NCBI GenBank assembly: GCA_002269645.1
Contig: NIVC01000516.1
Coordinates: 454,892 to 518,891 of the forward strand
DNA: 64,000 bases
Direction: 5' to 3'
Source of the DNA: Macrostomum lignano
Taxonomy: Eukaryota
Within the stretch, counting starts at the first letter, position 1, and every line of letters starts with the position of its first letter. The position numbers and the translations under genes were made by a program. The notes beneath the pieces are model-generated. The model had not been told where the DNA came from. It saw only the letters and a list, made by a program, of their open reading frames with translations, and made no database searches. This document shows positions 13,544 to 27,712 of the stretch, in pieces.

Positions 13544-14160
13544 AGAAAGTCAGGGCCTTTGTACACCCTACGGGAGCGTTGTGCCTGGAAGCGTATCTTT
13601 GAGCGTGACGGCTTGCCTCCTCACTGCCCAAGGCCTGATGTGTAATTCAACAAAAAGCATTCGTATCATGTTCTTTATGCTATCACTTTTTTATTCCTTC
13701 CTTTGTTCGGTGTCGTGCCACGGCAAGATAGAGTTACTCCATTCCTTTGCTCGGCGGGCTAACTTTTTTTGGGATTTGACTACCTTGAGCATTAGTACTA
13801 TCATGCTGTAGTAATTAGCAATAAAAAGCTGTTTTGCTTGATGGACTGCAACTTTGTTTCACTAAATGGTGCACATGCCGATCTCCCTCCAGCCTCCGAG
13901 GCAGGTGACTCCCTGTAGTGATCGATTTTTGCTTGGCTCATCAGGAAAAGTGCGGCAGCTTCCCATATTGTTACAGTGCCCCAGCCGTAGGGAGAAACCC
14001 TTAAGCCTCTTCACCTTACTTTGCTTGCGTGGGCAAACAGTAAAATAATTGCTCAGGTGCGACCGTTTACCACATCGTGACAAAGTCAAAACTCTGTGGA
14101 AAGCTGGTCTGCTTGGTTTTATATGCAAATCCGTAGGCAACTGAAGCATCTGTTGAGACC

Positions 14161-15660
14161 TAATGAACAGGCTAGCACAGTCTAATGAACAGGCTAGCAC
14201 AGTCTAATGAACAGGCTAGCACAGTCTAATGAACAGGCTAGCACAGTCTAATGAACAGGCTAGCACAGTCTAATGAACAGGCTAGCACAGTCTAATGAAC
14301 AGGCTAGAACAGTCTAATGAACAGGCTCGCACAGTCTAATGAAAAGGCTAGCACAGTCTAATGAACAGGCTAGCACAGTCTAATGAACTGGCTAGCACAG
14401 TCTAATGAACTGGTTAGCACAGTCTAATGAACAGGCTAGCACACTCTAATGAACAGGCTAGCACAGTCTAATGAACAGGCTAGCACATTCTAACGAACAG
14501 GCTAGCACAGTCTAATGAACAGGCTAGCACAGTCTAATGAACTGGCTAGCACAGTCTAATGAACAGGCTAGCACAGTCTACTTGTAATGAACTGGTTAGC
14601 ACAGTCTAATGAACAGGCTAGCACAGTCAAATGAACAGGCTAGCACAGTCTAATGAACAGGTTAGCACAGTCTAATGAACAGGCTAGAACAGTCTAATGA
14701 ACAGGCTAGAACAGTCTAATGAACAGGCTAGCACAGTCTAATGAACAGGCTAGCACAGTCTAATGAACAGGCTAGCACAGTCTAATGAACAGGCTAGAAC
14801 AGTCTAATGAACAGGCTCGCACAGTCTAATGAAAAGGCTAGCACAGTCTAATGAACAGGCTAGCACAGTCTAATGAACAGGCTAGCACAGTCTAATGAAC
14901 AGGCTCGCACAGTCTAATGAAAAGGCTAGCACAGTCTAATGAACAGGCTAGCACAGTCTAATGAACAGGCTAGCACAGTCTAATGAACAGGCTCGCACAG
15001 TCTAATGAAAAGGCTAGCACAGTCTAATGAACAGGCTAGCACAGTCTAATGAACAGGCTAGCACAGTCTAATGAACAGGCTAGCACAGTCTAATGAACAG
15101 GCTAGCACAGTCTAATGAACAGGCTAGCACAGTCTAATGAACAGGCTAGCACAGTCTAATGAACAGGCTAGAACAGTCTAATGAACAGGCTCGCACAGTC
15201 TAATGAAAAGGCTAGCACAGTCTAATGAACAGGCTAGCACAGTCTAATGAACTGGCTAGCACAGTCTAATGAAAAGGCTAGCACAGTCTAATGAACAGGC
15301 TAGCACACTCTAATGAACAGGCTAGCACAGTCTAATGAACAGGCTAGCACATTCTAACGAACAGGCTAGCACAGTCTAATGAACAGGCTAGCACAGTCTA
15401 ATGAACAGGCTAGCACAGTCTAATGAACAGGCTAGCACAGTCTACTTGTAATGAACTGGTTAGCACAGTCTAATGAACAGGCTAGCACAGTCAAATGAAC
15501 AGGCTAGCACAGTCTAATGAACAGGCTAGCACAGTCTAATGAACAGGTTAGCACAGTCTAATGAACAGGCTAGAACAGTCTAATGAACAGGCTAGCACAG
15601 TCTAATGAACAGGCTAGCACAGATAAATGAACAGGCTAGCACAGTCTAATGAACAGGCCA
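14161..15660. repeat. 22-bp minisatellite
   Basis: Unit taatgaacaggctagcacagtc. Confidence 0.97.
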
Positions 15661-16189
15661 GTCCGGCACACAATGGCCTTGCACTTTCACTAGACTCGTA
15701 AACAGGCAAACTGTAATTCAGATGACGGAAATTAGCAATGGGCAGTGCGAAACGGATACGTAATTCGCTGGTTTCCAAGGGACGAGAGCTGGATTCGAGA
15801 GACGTATGGAGCGAAGGAAATTGGACCATCTCCCGCGGGAACTCGTGCCCCAGCTAGATGAGTTACACCAACGGAAGTCCTGTGAGCACTTGTAAAATAA
15901 ATGCAATTGCAAGCGGCTTCTTGTGCTCAAAATAGAATAAATTAACTGGTGCACAGCTGCCAGACATCTCTTCTCGCCTTGATTTCTGTTAAATAAAAAA
16001 TGCGTATTAGACTACTGTTTTTCTAAAGCGTTTGAGTAGAGTCTTCAAAAAATAATTTCAGCATTAATACAATTTAATCAACGTACGTCGTTTACAGACG
16101 GGCAAAGTCCGGTACGTGTGAGAGAAACGACTTTAGAGGATAGTTAAATTTCTACCGTGGTAGAAGCAGATTGTATTTAAAATTAATGC

Positions 16190-16720
16190 AAAGTTGTGAG
16201 AGGGATGTGAGAAACAGTCTTGAGGAAGGAGGGGGAGAGAGGAAGGGAGAGAGGGATAGAGGAGAGAGGGGAGAGGAAGAGAGGGGAGAGGCAGAGATGG
16301 GAGAGGGAAAGAGGGAGAGGGAGAGAGAGAAGAGGGAGAGAAGAGAGACGGAGAGAGGGGAGAGAGGGCAGGAGGGCTATAGAGGTTGATAGGAAGGAGA
16401 GACAGGGAGAGTGAGAGAGGTAGAGAGGGCAGGGGGGCTATAGAGGTTGATAGGAAGGAGAGACAGGGAGAGTGAGAGAGGGGAGAGAGGGCAGGGGGGC
16501 TATAGAGGTTGATAGGAAGGAGAGACAGGGAGAGTGAGAGAGGGAGAGAGAGGGCAGGAGGGCTATAGAGGTTGATAGGAAGGAGAGACAGGGAGAGTGA
16601 GAGAGGGAGAGAGAGGGCAGGAGGGCTATAGAGGTTGATAGGAGAGGAGAGACAGGGAGAGTGAGAGAGGGCAGGAGTGCTATAGAGGTTGATAGGAGAG
16701 GAGAGACAGGGAGAGAAGTG
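16190..16720. repeat. GA-rich low complexity with a repeated unit of about 55-60 bp
   Basis: gggctatagaggttgataggaaggagagacagggagagtgagaga recurs several times. Confidence 0.85.
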
Positions 16721-17564
16721 AGAAGGAATATATTACAGTGGGCGAGAGCGGGCAGGCGGTGAAACAGAGAAAGAGAGACAAAGCCAGGCGGAGCGGAATC
16801 CCGGAGCGGGCGGGCAGCAAAGGTAAACAAAAGGAGCGCTGGACATGAGAATAGTTTCTATTATGATCTTTAAAAAATGCCTTAGCACGAGGCTAAGGGG
16901 CTCAGGAGCTGTATTCGGAGGAGAATAGATGGACAAAGAGATGAATGAGGGTGCTGAGCCGGCCAAATAGAGCCGCAGGCGAGCCAAGTCCTCAGTGCAT
17001 GGCCAAGCTGCTGGTGGGCAGAGAGCAGGCGGTGTCTCCATGAAGGCATGAGACGCGGGCACACAAGGGGGAGTCGCTTTGATGTAATTTTCCTTTGTGC
17101 CACCCCCCCCCCCCAGGCCTGAGGGGCGCGCGTATCAGTGCATCTATATCAGACTGAACCTGACCTCCTCTGCTTCTCCTCTCCTCGACTGTTCGACCGC
17201 GTGAGAGGCGATATCACGGACTTGGGGACCCCACCCGGCCAGCCTCGCCTCCGCCCGCCCACTGATTCCCAACGGGCATCTTTCGCCAATTCGTACAGTT
17301 CCTTGTTTATAATGAAGTCAATTACTTGACCGGATATTTTAAGACTTTGTCTTTCACTTCTCCCCAGCGACGGCATTGCATTTTATTACTGAAATATTTT
17401 AGTAGACTTTTAGAGAGTATTAAATGCTATTTTCTTGAAGGTTGTACTAGTGTATGCATGTGGGGAGTTACAGGGAAGTTCACTGGGAGTTACTAAAAGA
17501 CCAAAAATTGAAAAAAGTAGTTAGGAGTATGTCAGATTTATTTGGTGTAGATTGGAGTAGTTTA

Positions 17565-18290
17565 GGGTAGTTTTGAGTAGTTTAGAGTAGTTTAGAGTAG
17601 GTTAAAGCAGGGTTGAGTAGCTAAGAGTAGGTTAAAGCTAAATTTGAGTAGTTTAGAGTAGTTTAGAGTAGTTTAGAGTAGTTTAGAGTAGTTTAGAGTA
17701 GTTTAGAGTAGTTTAGAGTAGTTTAGAGTAGTTTAGAGTAGTTTAGAGTAGTTTAGAGTAGTTTAGAGTAGTTTAGAGTAGTTTAGAGTAGTTTAGAGTA
17801 GTTTAGAGTAGTTTAGAGTAGGTTAAAGCAGGGTTGAGTAGCTAAGAGTATGTTAAAGTAAATTTGAGAAGTTTAGAGTAGGTTTGAATAGTTTTGAGTT
17901 CGGCTAAAGTAGTCTAGAGTAAGTATGAGTAGTTTAAAGTAGTTTGGGGTTGTTTAGAGTATATTGGAGTGGTTTAAAGTTATTAGAGTAGGTTGGAGTA
18001 ACGTTGGAGTAGGTTGGAGTAGGTTGGAGTAGGTTGGAGTAACGTTGGAGTAGGTTGGAGTAGGTTGGAGTAAGGTTGGAGTAGGTTGGAGTAGGTTGGA
18101 GTAGGTTGGAGTAGGTTGGAGTAGGTTGGAGTAGGTTGGAGTAGGTTGGAGTAGGTTGGAGTAGGTTGGAGTAGGTTGGAGTAGGTTGGAGTAGGTTGGA
18201 GTAGGTTGGAGTAGGTTGGAGTAGGTTGGAGTAGGTTGGAGTAGGTTGGAGTAGGTTGGAGTAGGTTAGAGTAGATTGGAGTAGATTTAG
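17565..18290. repeat. Two adjacent decamer arrays
   Basis: (gagtagttta)n followed by (gagtaggttg)n. Confidence 0.95.
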
Positions 18291-18679
18291 ATTAGATCGC
18301 CTAGAAATTCCTTGTGGTTGAGGAAAAGTGGAAATGGAATGCTTTTAATACATGCGTACCGTCCCATAGGATCAAAAGATTTTTTTCCATTTTTTATCAA
18401 AATCCGTGCGGATTAAGAGTTCCTACAAAGAAGACAGCGGTCGGCAGCAGCTAGTAGCGTGATTATTGATGAGGCTTGCCAGCCTCTCTGCTTCCGCTGC
18501 TCGCAGATTGCACTCCGCCACCCGGAAAACGCGGATGTTCGAAAAAGTTGAGCTCAAAAACTGTCTTCACTAATCACTGCCGGATTGAGATGATTTAGGC
18601 ATCACGTGACCAACCAGCAGGCAGGCAGACTGGGGACATTTGATGGGCTGCGGAGTCCGGCTGGCAGTTTGTTGACTAG

Positions 18680-19110
18680 GGTGGCAGTTTGGTGAATAGG
18701 GTGGCAGTTTGGTGAATAGGGTGGCAGTTTAGTGAATAGGGTGGAAGTTTAGTGAATAGGGTGGCAGTTTAGTGAATAGGGTGGCAGTTTGGTGAATAGG
18801 GTGAAGTTTAATCAATAAGGCGGCAGTTTAGTGAATAGGGTGGCAGTTTGGTGAATAGGGTGGCAGTTTGGTGAATAGGGTGGCAGTTTGGTGAATAGGG
18901 TGGCAGTTTGGTTAATAGGGTAGCAGTTTGGTGAATAGGGTGGCAGTTTGGTGAATAGGGTGGCAGTTTGGTGAATAGGGTGGCAGTTTGGTTAATAGGG
19001 TGGCGGTTCGGTGAATAGGGTGACAGTTTGGTGACTAGGGTAGCAGTTTTGTGAATAGGGTGGCAGTTTGGTGAATAGGGTGGCAGTTTGGTGAATAAGC
19101 TGATAGTTTG
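18680..19110. repeat. 20-bp minisatellite
   Basis: Unit gtggcagtttggtgaatagg. Confidence 0.95.
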
Positions 19111-19679
19111 GTGAACATGACTACAGTGTGGGTGAAAGAGTGGGCGGTTTGGCGAATCAATTTTGATAATATGCTGATATTTTGGTGAATAGTGTGATAC
19201 AAGGAGCTGTGAACTTGCTGGTCAAGCAGCCGATACAAAGCTGCTGGCAACCCTACTCAGCTTCCTTCATACAGGTAAGTCAACTCAGTAGTCAGAGGAC
19301 GAGCAAAGAGATTCACCAGCATATTGGTAATCAATTGAGCCCTGCAGTGCCCGGCTAATAGAGGTATGCTAAAAATAACAACTGCATTCTAAGGTGCCGC
19401 TTAGCCTTTATAAATGGGGTTGACGGCAGGTGCGGCAGCTTACTTAATTGCCTGCTTTGGCTTTGGCCCTTTCTCTTCATCCTTAGAGTACTTTTATTGA
19501 TCGTAGCAGGTACTACTGGCTGAGCTGGCGTCCCTAAGAAAAAACAAATTGATAACGAGACGGATACTGTCTCAGGGCGTCAGACTCTTGCTAACTAGCT
19601 TACTAAAAGTAACTACTCTTATGAGTTTGGCCAGGGTCAAGAGTTCATCCTTGAGTGCAGAAAGGAGGGAAGGGAGATA

Positions 19680-20525
19680 GGTGAGAGGGGAGAGGGAGAG
19701 AGGCAGAATGAGAGAGAGGGAGAGTGAGAGAGAGGGAGAGTAGGAAGGCGGAGAAACGGGAGATAGAGAGAGGGGAGAGGGGAGAGGGAGAGTGAGAGAG
19801 AGGGGAGAGTGAGAGAGAGGGGAGAGGGAGAGGGAGAGTGAGAGAGAGGGGAGACTGAGAGACAGGGGAGAGTGAGAGAGGGGAGAGAGAGAGAGGGAGA
19901 GGGAGAGGGAGGGGAGAGTGAGAGAGAGGGGAGAGGGAGAGGGAGAGTCAGAGAGAGGGGAGAGTGAGAGAGAGGGGAGAGAGAGAGGGAGAGGGAGAGA
20001 GAGGGGAGAGTGAGAGAGAGGGGAGAGGGAGAGGGAGAGTGAGAGAGAGGGGAGAGTGAGAGAGAGGGGAGAGGGAGAGGGAGAGTGAGAGAGAGGGGAG
20101 AGTGAGAGACAGGGGAGAGTGAGAGAGGGGAGAGAGAGAGAGGGAGAGGGAGAGGGAGGGGAGAGTGAGAGAGAGGGGAGAGGGAGAGGGAGAGTGAGAG
20201 AGAGGGGAGAGTGAGAGAGAGGGGAGAGAGAGAGGGAGAGGGAGAGAGAGGGGAGAGTGAGAGAGAGGGAGAGGGAGGGGAGAGTGAGAGAGAGGGGGGA
20301 GGGAGAGGGAGAGTGAGAGAGAGGGGAGAGAGAGAGAGGAAGAGGGAGAGAGAGGGGAGAGTGAGAGAGAGGGGAGAGTGAGAGACAGGGGAGAGTGAGA
20401 GAGAGGGGAGAATGAGAGAGAGGGGAGAGTGAGAGTGAGAGTGAGAGAGAGGGAAGAGGGAAGGCGGAGAAAAGGAGAGGGAGAGAGGGGGAGTGGGAAG
20501 GTGATGAAAGGGGAGAGGGAGAGAG
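19680..20525. repeat. GA-rich low complexity
   Basis: Polypurine tract. Confidence 0.95.
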
Positions 20526-21368
20526 GCGGATAGATGCTGAAAGGAGAATGGCAGTGGTGCAAAAGTGCCCCATCAGCAGTAGGATAATAAACGCGGGAGC
20601 AAATTCACTCGCAATCGAGGCAGAGGGTCAACAGCGGTCAGACAGTTGTGTAAAAACATTGATGGGAATATTTTAGCGGAAAATCCCTGCTCACAGGCTC
20701 GCCAGCTTGTCGTTGCCGCGGCGAAAACAGACAACAAGGGGAATATTTTCCAAAAGAAAATCTTCTCCCTCTTTATCCCTTACTCTGTTTTGCAGACTCG
20801 TGCAGCAGGCGGCCGCTCCTGTTGCACCTATCTCAGCTGCTCCACCCCGCCCCCCTTTAAATCAGCCGTAAGCTTTGCGAGTTGCTGAGACTCACACACA
20901 GCATTGAGCTCGATTTCAACTCGAGAGAGACAGACAGACAGACGGGAGGTTTCGGGGATTAGCGGATTGCGTGTGCAATGCCCAGGCGACTCTCTGCTGC
21001 GCTCGACTCGACCCTCCCGTCCTGCTGCTGCCGCCTCTGCCTTGCTGTCCCGTCGCCTCCGCCGCCCCATCCACCCTTTTACTATCTCAGAGAGCCCGTG
21101 CAGCATCCTCGGTGCAGCTTAAGCTATTTACAAAGCTTCCTCCCCGCCCAATAGGTGAGCTCCTCGGGCTGCTCCCCGCCCGCTCAGTAAGGATGAAAAC
21201 GGCGAGACGGGATGGAGGAGCTGAGAAATCTTCTTGGGAGTTTTCCTACTTCACTACAGAGAGACAGAATAGCCCGCCAAGTCGTTGTCTCAACCTGAAT
21301 GGACTCGGTTCGGTTGCTAATCGGTTGAGGAGAGGCTGCTCGAGTCGCTTGATCTTTTTCATAATCAA

Positions 21369-21629
21369 ATGTCGGCAAATTCCACTGCTGACGGCGGAGG
21401 CTCCGGAAGCGATGGTGGCGGCGGCGGCGGCGGCCCCAAAGCGGCCTGGGCGCCGTTGCGCAAGCGGCTGGCGGTGATTCGAACTGTCAGAATTTTCTCC
21501 AAGGACTCCGCCAAGGATGCCGCGGCCCTGACGGCGGCGTCAACAGCCGCCAAACCGGACGATGGCGGCGTCTATTGCGGCGACGAGGCCGGCGGCTGCA
21601 GCGACGCGGAGTTTGACGAAGCCGCAAAG
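21369..21629 (+). CDS. Candidate distal first coding exon of the RGS gene
   Basis: ATG 21369, GC-rich coding-like frame, strong donor AAG|gtaagg in phase 0, compatible with the RGS exon at 28651. Assignment to RGS is inference. Confidence 0.55.
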
Positions 21630-21699
21630 GTAAGGCAAATCCTCCAATCTCCCTCTGCATTTTCACCGGCTCTGTCCATCCCCTCTCCATTTCTTTTTT

Positions 21700-22085
21700 A
21701 CACACCTCTCTGCCGTCCTCTCTATCCCTCGCTACACACCTCTCTGCTGTCCTCTCTATCCTTCGCTACACCCCTCTCCGCCGTCCTCTCTATCCCTCGC
21801 TACACCCCTCTCCGCCGTCCTCTCTATCCCTCGCTACATCCCTCTCCGCCGTCCTCTCTATCCCTCGCTACACCCCTCTCCGCCGTCCTCTCTATCCCTC
21901 GCTACACCCCTCTCCGCTGTCCTCTCTATCCCTCGCTACATCCCTCTCCGCCGTCCTCTCTATCCCTCGCTACACCCCTCTCCGCTGTCCTCTCTATCCC
22001 TCGCTACATCCCTCTCCGCCGTCCTCTCTATCCCTCGCTACACCCCTCTCCGCCGTCCTCTCTATCCCTCGCTACACCCCTCGCC
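21700..22085. repeat. 34-bp minisatellite
   Basis: Unit ccctctccgccgtcctctctatccctcgctacac. Confidence 0.95.
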
Positions 22086-22794
22086 ACTGTGCGCTGTCCT
22101 TTGTATCCCACGCCACCTTCATATCTTCACATCCATCCCAGATTTGTAGCAATTTTTTTCCTATAACGTTTAGCTAATCCTGGCTAATCTTGAATTTCGC
22201 CACTCAGCCAGATGTCACTTGCCTTTCCCACCCTGTATTTCTTTCTTGGCAGCCTGTTTGAGTGGTGCAATTTCTGGGGCTGATGTACAGCAGGCCTATC
22301 TACCCCCCCCCCCCCCAGATAAGTTGCAGCTATAATGCTCTATCCTAAAGCCCTGTTCCTCAAGATTTTTTTAACATCAATAAATTATTTATGCTTGGGT
22401 TAATTTCACCGAGAGAGAGAGAGACTAGAGGAGGATTAGCGATCTGATTCCTTATCTTGTCTTCTTGACTGCCTGCTAGATAATAAAGTCGGTCGAGACG
22501 AGACTCCGACAAAGTTTTATGACAGAACTTTTGTTTAAATGGACCTATTTGCCAACTTATGGTATTTTATCAAGACGTTGTCCACGACCGTGCATTAGTA
22601 GAACTGCTAAAGCATTTTTTGTTCAAATTTCAGATGTTTTTTTACACTACATATCGTTCGATATTTGTTCAACTCATAACGGGACAGATTTGACTCCACA
22701 GATTGAGAGTCTGCATGATTTCTGTCTGTTGTTGAATTGCACACTTTTTGCTGGTAAATGTTGCTTCTGCCAGAGAGGCTTGACATCTTAGTGG

Positions 22795-23105
22795 CTCCTC
22801 TCTCCACTCTCTCCCCCTCCCTCCCCTCTCCCTCCCCTCTCTTCCCCTCTCTTCCTCTCTCTGCCTTCTCTCCCCCACCTCTCTCTCTCTCCTCTCTCCG
22901 CTCTCTTTCCCCTCTGCATTTTCTCCCCTCTCTCTCCTTCTTTCTGCCCTCTCTCAACTCTCTTCCCTCCCTCCCCTCTGTCCCCTCTCTGCCTTCTTTC
23001 CCTTACTTCTCACTCCCTCTCTCTCTCCTCTCCCCTCTCTCTCCCCCTCTTTCTGCTCTCTCTCAACTCTCCCCTTTCTCTCCTCTCCCTTCTCTTCTCT
23101 CCCTC
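22795..23105. repeat. CT-rich low complexity
   Basis: Polypyrimidine tract. Confidence 0.9.
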
Positions 23106-23964
23106 CTCAGCAAGTCGCCGGGTTTAGCAGTCTCGTCAAATGCAGCTCCCAGCTTCCATTTAGCACCAGCCCCTGTCACTTGAAGTTCGTCACTTGATGT
23201 CACGGCTTTTCCTCACTGGTCAACACTTGGAAACTTTTAACCTTCTTTTCTCGAGTGAGGGGGTGGCTGAATTGAATAGGTCTCTGCACAGCTTCATCAT
23301 TACCTGGGGTACTTTTTTTTATAAAGAGATCCATGTATATCAACTTGCCCGCTAAGCTGACAGTTTTGTCGGCTCGACCGCGAAAATCCGGATCGTGCTC
23401 GAGCAGAAGGGGGCACAAAGAATAAATCGGGAATCGGGGTTGCGGGGGTAGCCGGAGCAGAGAGAGAGAGAGGGGGGGGGGAGAGATGTGATCCTCTTAC
23501 ACTCTCCGCTTTTGCAGTTAATTACAGGCGATAATTCCGGTACTCAAAGCACCTGGGCGAACGGGGCGGAGGGGCGGAAAAAAGGCGGTGACGCCGACGA
23601 GCTTGAGAGGCTGCTCAGAGAGGCGGGGGGGGCCACAGTTATAATGAGACTGGCTGCATCCTCAGCCTCAGAGATAAGACGGCCGGCAATCGATGGCCGG
23701 CATGCCGGGAGAGAGTCCAGCACGGGCGATCAATCAGCTGAAGCAGAGCGGCAATATGGCGGAAGCAAATTAATAAGCTGGAGGTGCGGCTTCGAAATAG
23801 CTTGTGGAAGTGCTTGGGCCAACTTGTATGAGCTTTCGTACATGCGAATATATGCACGCATGTCTCATATGATAAAGTCCAAATCCGCATAACTGAGAAG
23901 GTCAACTGACTGACCGCTTCCAATTCCACAGAATTGGAATAGATGGGCATCTGTTATTAGATTA

Positions 23965-24540
23965 CAAGATCATTAGACTACAGGACCATCATATTACAGA
24001 GTCACTAGATTACAGGATCACTAGATTACAGGATCACTAGATTACAGGATCACTAGATTACAGGATCACTAGATTAAAGGATCATTAAATTACCGGATCA
24101 CTAGATTACAGGACCATCATATTACAGAGTCACTAGATTACAGGATCACTAGATTACAGGATCACTAGATTACAGGATCACTAGATTAAAGGATCATTAA
24201 ATTACCGGATCACTAGATTACAGGACCATCATATTACAGAGTCACTAGATTACAGGATCACTAGATTACAGGATCACTAGATTACAGGATCACTAGATTA
24301 CAGGATCACTAGATTACAGGATCACTAGATTACAGGATCACTAGATTACAGGATCACTAGATTACAGGATCACTAGATTACAGGATCACTAGATTACAGG
24401 ATCACTAGATTACAGGATCACTAGATTACAGGATCACTAGATTACAGGATCACTAGATTACAGGATCACTAGATTACAGGATCACTAGATTGATGGTTCA
24501 ATAGATTACAGAATCATTAGACTACAAGATCATTAGATTA
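23965..24540. repeat. 16-bp minisatellite
   Basis: Unit attacaggatcactag. Confidence 0.95.
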
Positions 24541-25415
24541 CATATTAATAAATCTTTCAACTACAAAATGGATTACACTTATAAAAGTACAACCTAGAAA
24601 ATATACATTTGATTACAGAAGACCAAACGGTCAAAGCCATTTTTAATCCATTGCTCAAGCATCCAAGATCCCGCAGCCTCAATAGCGTGACCAAACCATT
24701 GAAATGCAGATAGAAATGTCTGCCAAGGCATGGGGAACTGAGAACAGAATTTGAATAAAAGCGCTGAGTGCACGCAACCCAGATCCACTGAGGCTAAAAG
24801 TTGAAAAAACACTTCTTAAGCATTGAAAAGCAGGAAGTGGAACGAACAGAAATCGCTTTTTAGAAGGGCCTATTTCCTCGTTAGGGATTTTCAGAGCAGA
24901 AATGTCCTCTTTGAAATCAAGGCTGTTGAAGTTGAAGCATCGGACTTACTTAAACACGACAGGTAATGCAAAATTTTGTTAAAATTGACAGACTTGCCAA
25001 TGATTGCTCATTGCAATTTTTACACTCCGGGCTCAGATTTCCGAATGCTTCTACTCAGAGTAGAGTAGGTGGTACTCAGAGTAGAAAGTACTCCTTCTCC
25101 CGTCGATGACTCAGAGAAAGCGAGATGCGAGTCCCCTGTGGCAATGTCCCCCTGATTAAATAAACATTTGAATTGGGAGTTCCACCCAGAAGGCCTGAAC
25201 CGAGTAACTCGAACAATGGGATGTCTGATCACCCAGCCGCTAGATCCCATGGGATTTATTCTAAATATATATATTGGGAAAGATAGAAAATGTTCTTTGA
25301 AGACCGTCTGCTGCAGCAATGATAGTAGGAAGAGACCAAACCTAATAATTTAAACCTTAAAATTGAATCAAACAATTGCATGATTGAAGGAAATCTCCTG
25401 AAACCTAACAGAACT

Positions 25416-25921
25416 TCACCCGAATGAGGACAACCTCACCCGAATGAGGAAACTCTCACCCGAATGAGGACAACATCACCCGAATGAGGACAACCTCACC
25501 CGAATGAGGAAACTCTCACCCGAATGAGGACAACATCACCCGAATGAAGACAACCTCACCCGAATGAGGACAACCTCACCCGAATGAGGACAACCTCACC
25601 CGAATGAGGACAACCTCACCCGAATGAGGAAACTCTCACCCGAATGAGGACAACATCACCCGAATGAGGACAACCTCACCCAAATGAGGAAAATCTCACC
25701 CGAATGAGGACAACCTCACCCAAATGAGGAAAATCTCACCCGAATGAGAACAACCTCACCCGAATGAGGAAAACCTCACCCGAATGAGGACAACCTCACC
25801 CGAATGAGGACAACCTCACTCGAATGAGGACAACCTCACCCGAATGAGGACAACATCACCCGAATGAGAACAACCTCACCCGAATGAGAACAACCTCACT
25901 CGAATGAGGACAACCTCACCT
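25416..25921. repeat. 20-bp minisatellite
   Basis: Unit cacccgaatgaggacaacct. Confidence 0.95.
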
Positions 25922-26329
25922 ATTGATTAGCAATTAAGTTCCCCACCTGAATGGAAAAAACACTTTATATAAATAATCAGAACTATCACGCTGACAATGT
26001 TACCATATGGACAACAAACTCGAATCATTAGAAGCAAGCGAAAGAACACAAGATTCTAAATTGACTCTGGTTCAATATTTGCAAGAAGACAGCAGTTCTC
26101 GCTGGTCTCGGCTCCCTTCTTGAATCGGATTTCACGCCCGACTGGCCCGGAAACCTCATCCAGAAATCCTGGGCCGGACTCAACAGACCAACCGCTGATT
26201 GAGAAGCCACCAAGCGTGCTCATTGCCTGATGGAGCCCGCAGGGGGACTGGGGTGCGTCTCAGAAGCAACTTCTCTGCGGTTTTGCCTAAAGGAACAAAA
26301 TACAAAACTTCCATCCCAACAATTGTGTT

Positions 26330-27712
26330 CCCAATACCCTGGGTGGGAAAGCGGTCCTGTTCCCCGATTCCCTGGGTGGGGGAAGCGGCCCTGTTCCCCG
26401 ATTCCTTGGGTGGAGGAAGCGGCCCTGTTCCTCGATTCCTTGGGTGAAGGAAGCGGCCCTGTTCCCCGATTCCCTGGGTGGAGGAAGCGGCCCTGTTCCC
26501 CGATTCCCTGGGTGGGGAAAGCGGCCCTGTTCCCCGATTGCCTGGGCGGGTGGTGGGGGTAAGCAACCCTGTTCCCCCTGTTCCCCGATTCCCTGGGTGG
26601 AGGAAGCGGCCCTGTTCCCCGATTCCCTGGGCTGGTGGTGGGGGGGAAGTGGCCCTGTTCCCCCTGTTCCCCGTTTCCCTGGGTGGAGGAAGCGGCCCTG
26701 TTCCCCGATTCCCTGGGTGGGGAAGCGGCCCTGTTCCCCGATTCTCTGGGCTGGTGGTGGGGGGAAGTGGCCCTGTTCCCCCTGTTCTCCGATTCCCTGG
26801 GTGGGGGAAGCGGCCCTGTTCCCCGATTCCCTGGGTGGGGAAGCGGCCCTGTTCCCCGATTCCCTGGGTGGGGGAAGCGGCCCTGTTCCCCGATTCCCCG
26901 GGTGGGGGAAGCGGCCCTGTTCCCCGATTCCCTGGGCTGGTGGTGGGGGGAAGTGGCCCTGTTCCCCCTGTTCCCCGATTCCCTGGGTGGAGGAAGCGGC
27001 CCTGTTACCCGATTCCCTGGGTCGGGGAAGCGGCCCTGTTTCCCGATTCTCTGGGTGGGGGAAGCGGCCCTGTTCCCCGATTCCCTGGGTGGGGGAAGCG
27101 GCCCTGTTCCCCGATTCCCCGGGTGGGGGAAGCGGCCCTGTTCCCCGATTCCCTGGGCTGGTGGTGGGGGGAAGTGGCCCTGTTCCCCCTGTTCCCCGAT
27201 TCCCTGGGTGGGGGAAGCGGCCCTGTTTCCCGATTCTCTGGGTGGGGGAAGCGGCCCTGTTCCCCGATTCCCCGGGTGGGGGAAGCGGCCCTGTTCCCCG
27301 ATTCCCTGGGTGGAGGAAGCGGCCCTGTTCCCCGATTCCCTGGGTGGGGAAGCGGCCCTGTTCCCCGATTCCCTGGGTGGGGGAAGCGGCCCTGTTTCCC
27401 GATTCCCTGGGTGGGGGAAGCGGCCCTGTTTCCCGATTCCCTGGGTGGGGGAAGCGGCCCTGTTCCCCGATTCCCTGGGTGGAGGAAGCGGCCCTGTTCC
27501 CCGATTCCCTGGGTGGGGAAGCGGCCCTGTTCCCCGATTCCCCGGGTGGGGGAAGCGGCCCTGTTCCCCGATTCCCTGGGTGGGGGAAGCGGCCCTGTTC
27601 CCCGATTCCCTGGGTGGGGGAAGCGGCCCGGTTCCCCGATTCCCTGGGTGGGGGAAGCGGCCCTGTTCCCCGATTCCCTGGGTGGAGGAAGCGGCCCTGT
27701 TCCCCGATTCCT
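26330..27712. repeat. 34-bp GC-rich minisatellite
   Basis: Unit gaagcggccctgttccccgattccctgggtgggg. Confidence 0.96.

Noticed and set aside
15660-15900. Short coding-looking stretch after the 22-bp array
   Set aside because: No convincing splice pair or homology recognisable by eye.
19572-20573. 333-aa Ser/Leu/Pro ORF (also 48167-49075, 5418-5936, 6299-7177, 8391-8749, 32396-33088)
   Set aside because: Low-complexity or microsatellite artefacts.
23488-23892. 134-aa GC-rich ORF as another RGS exon
   Set aside because: The only plausible donor (23783) is phase 2, incompatible with the phase-0 acceptor at 28651, and there is no recognisable motif.
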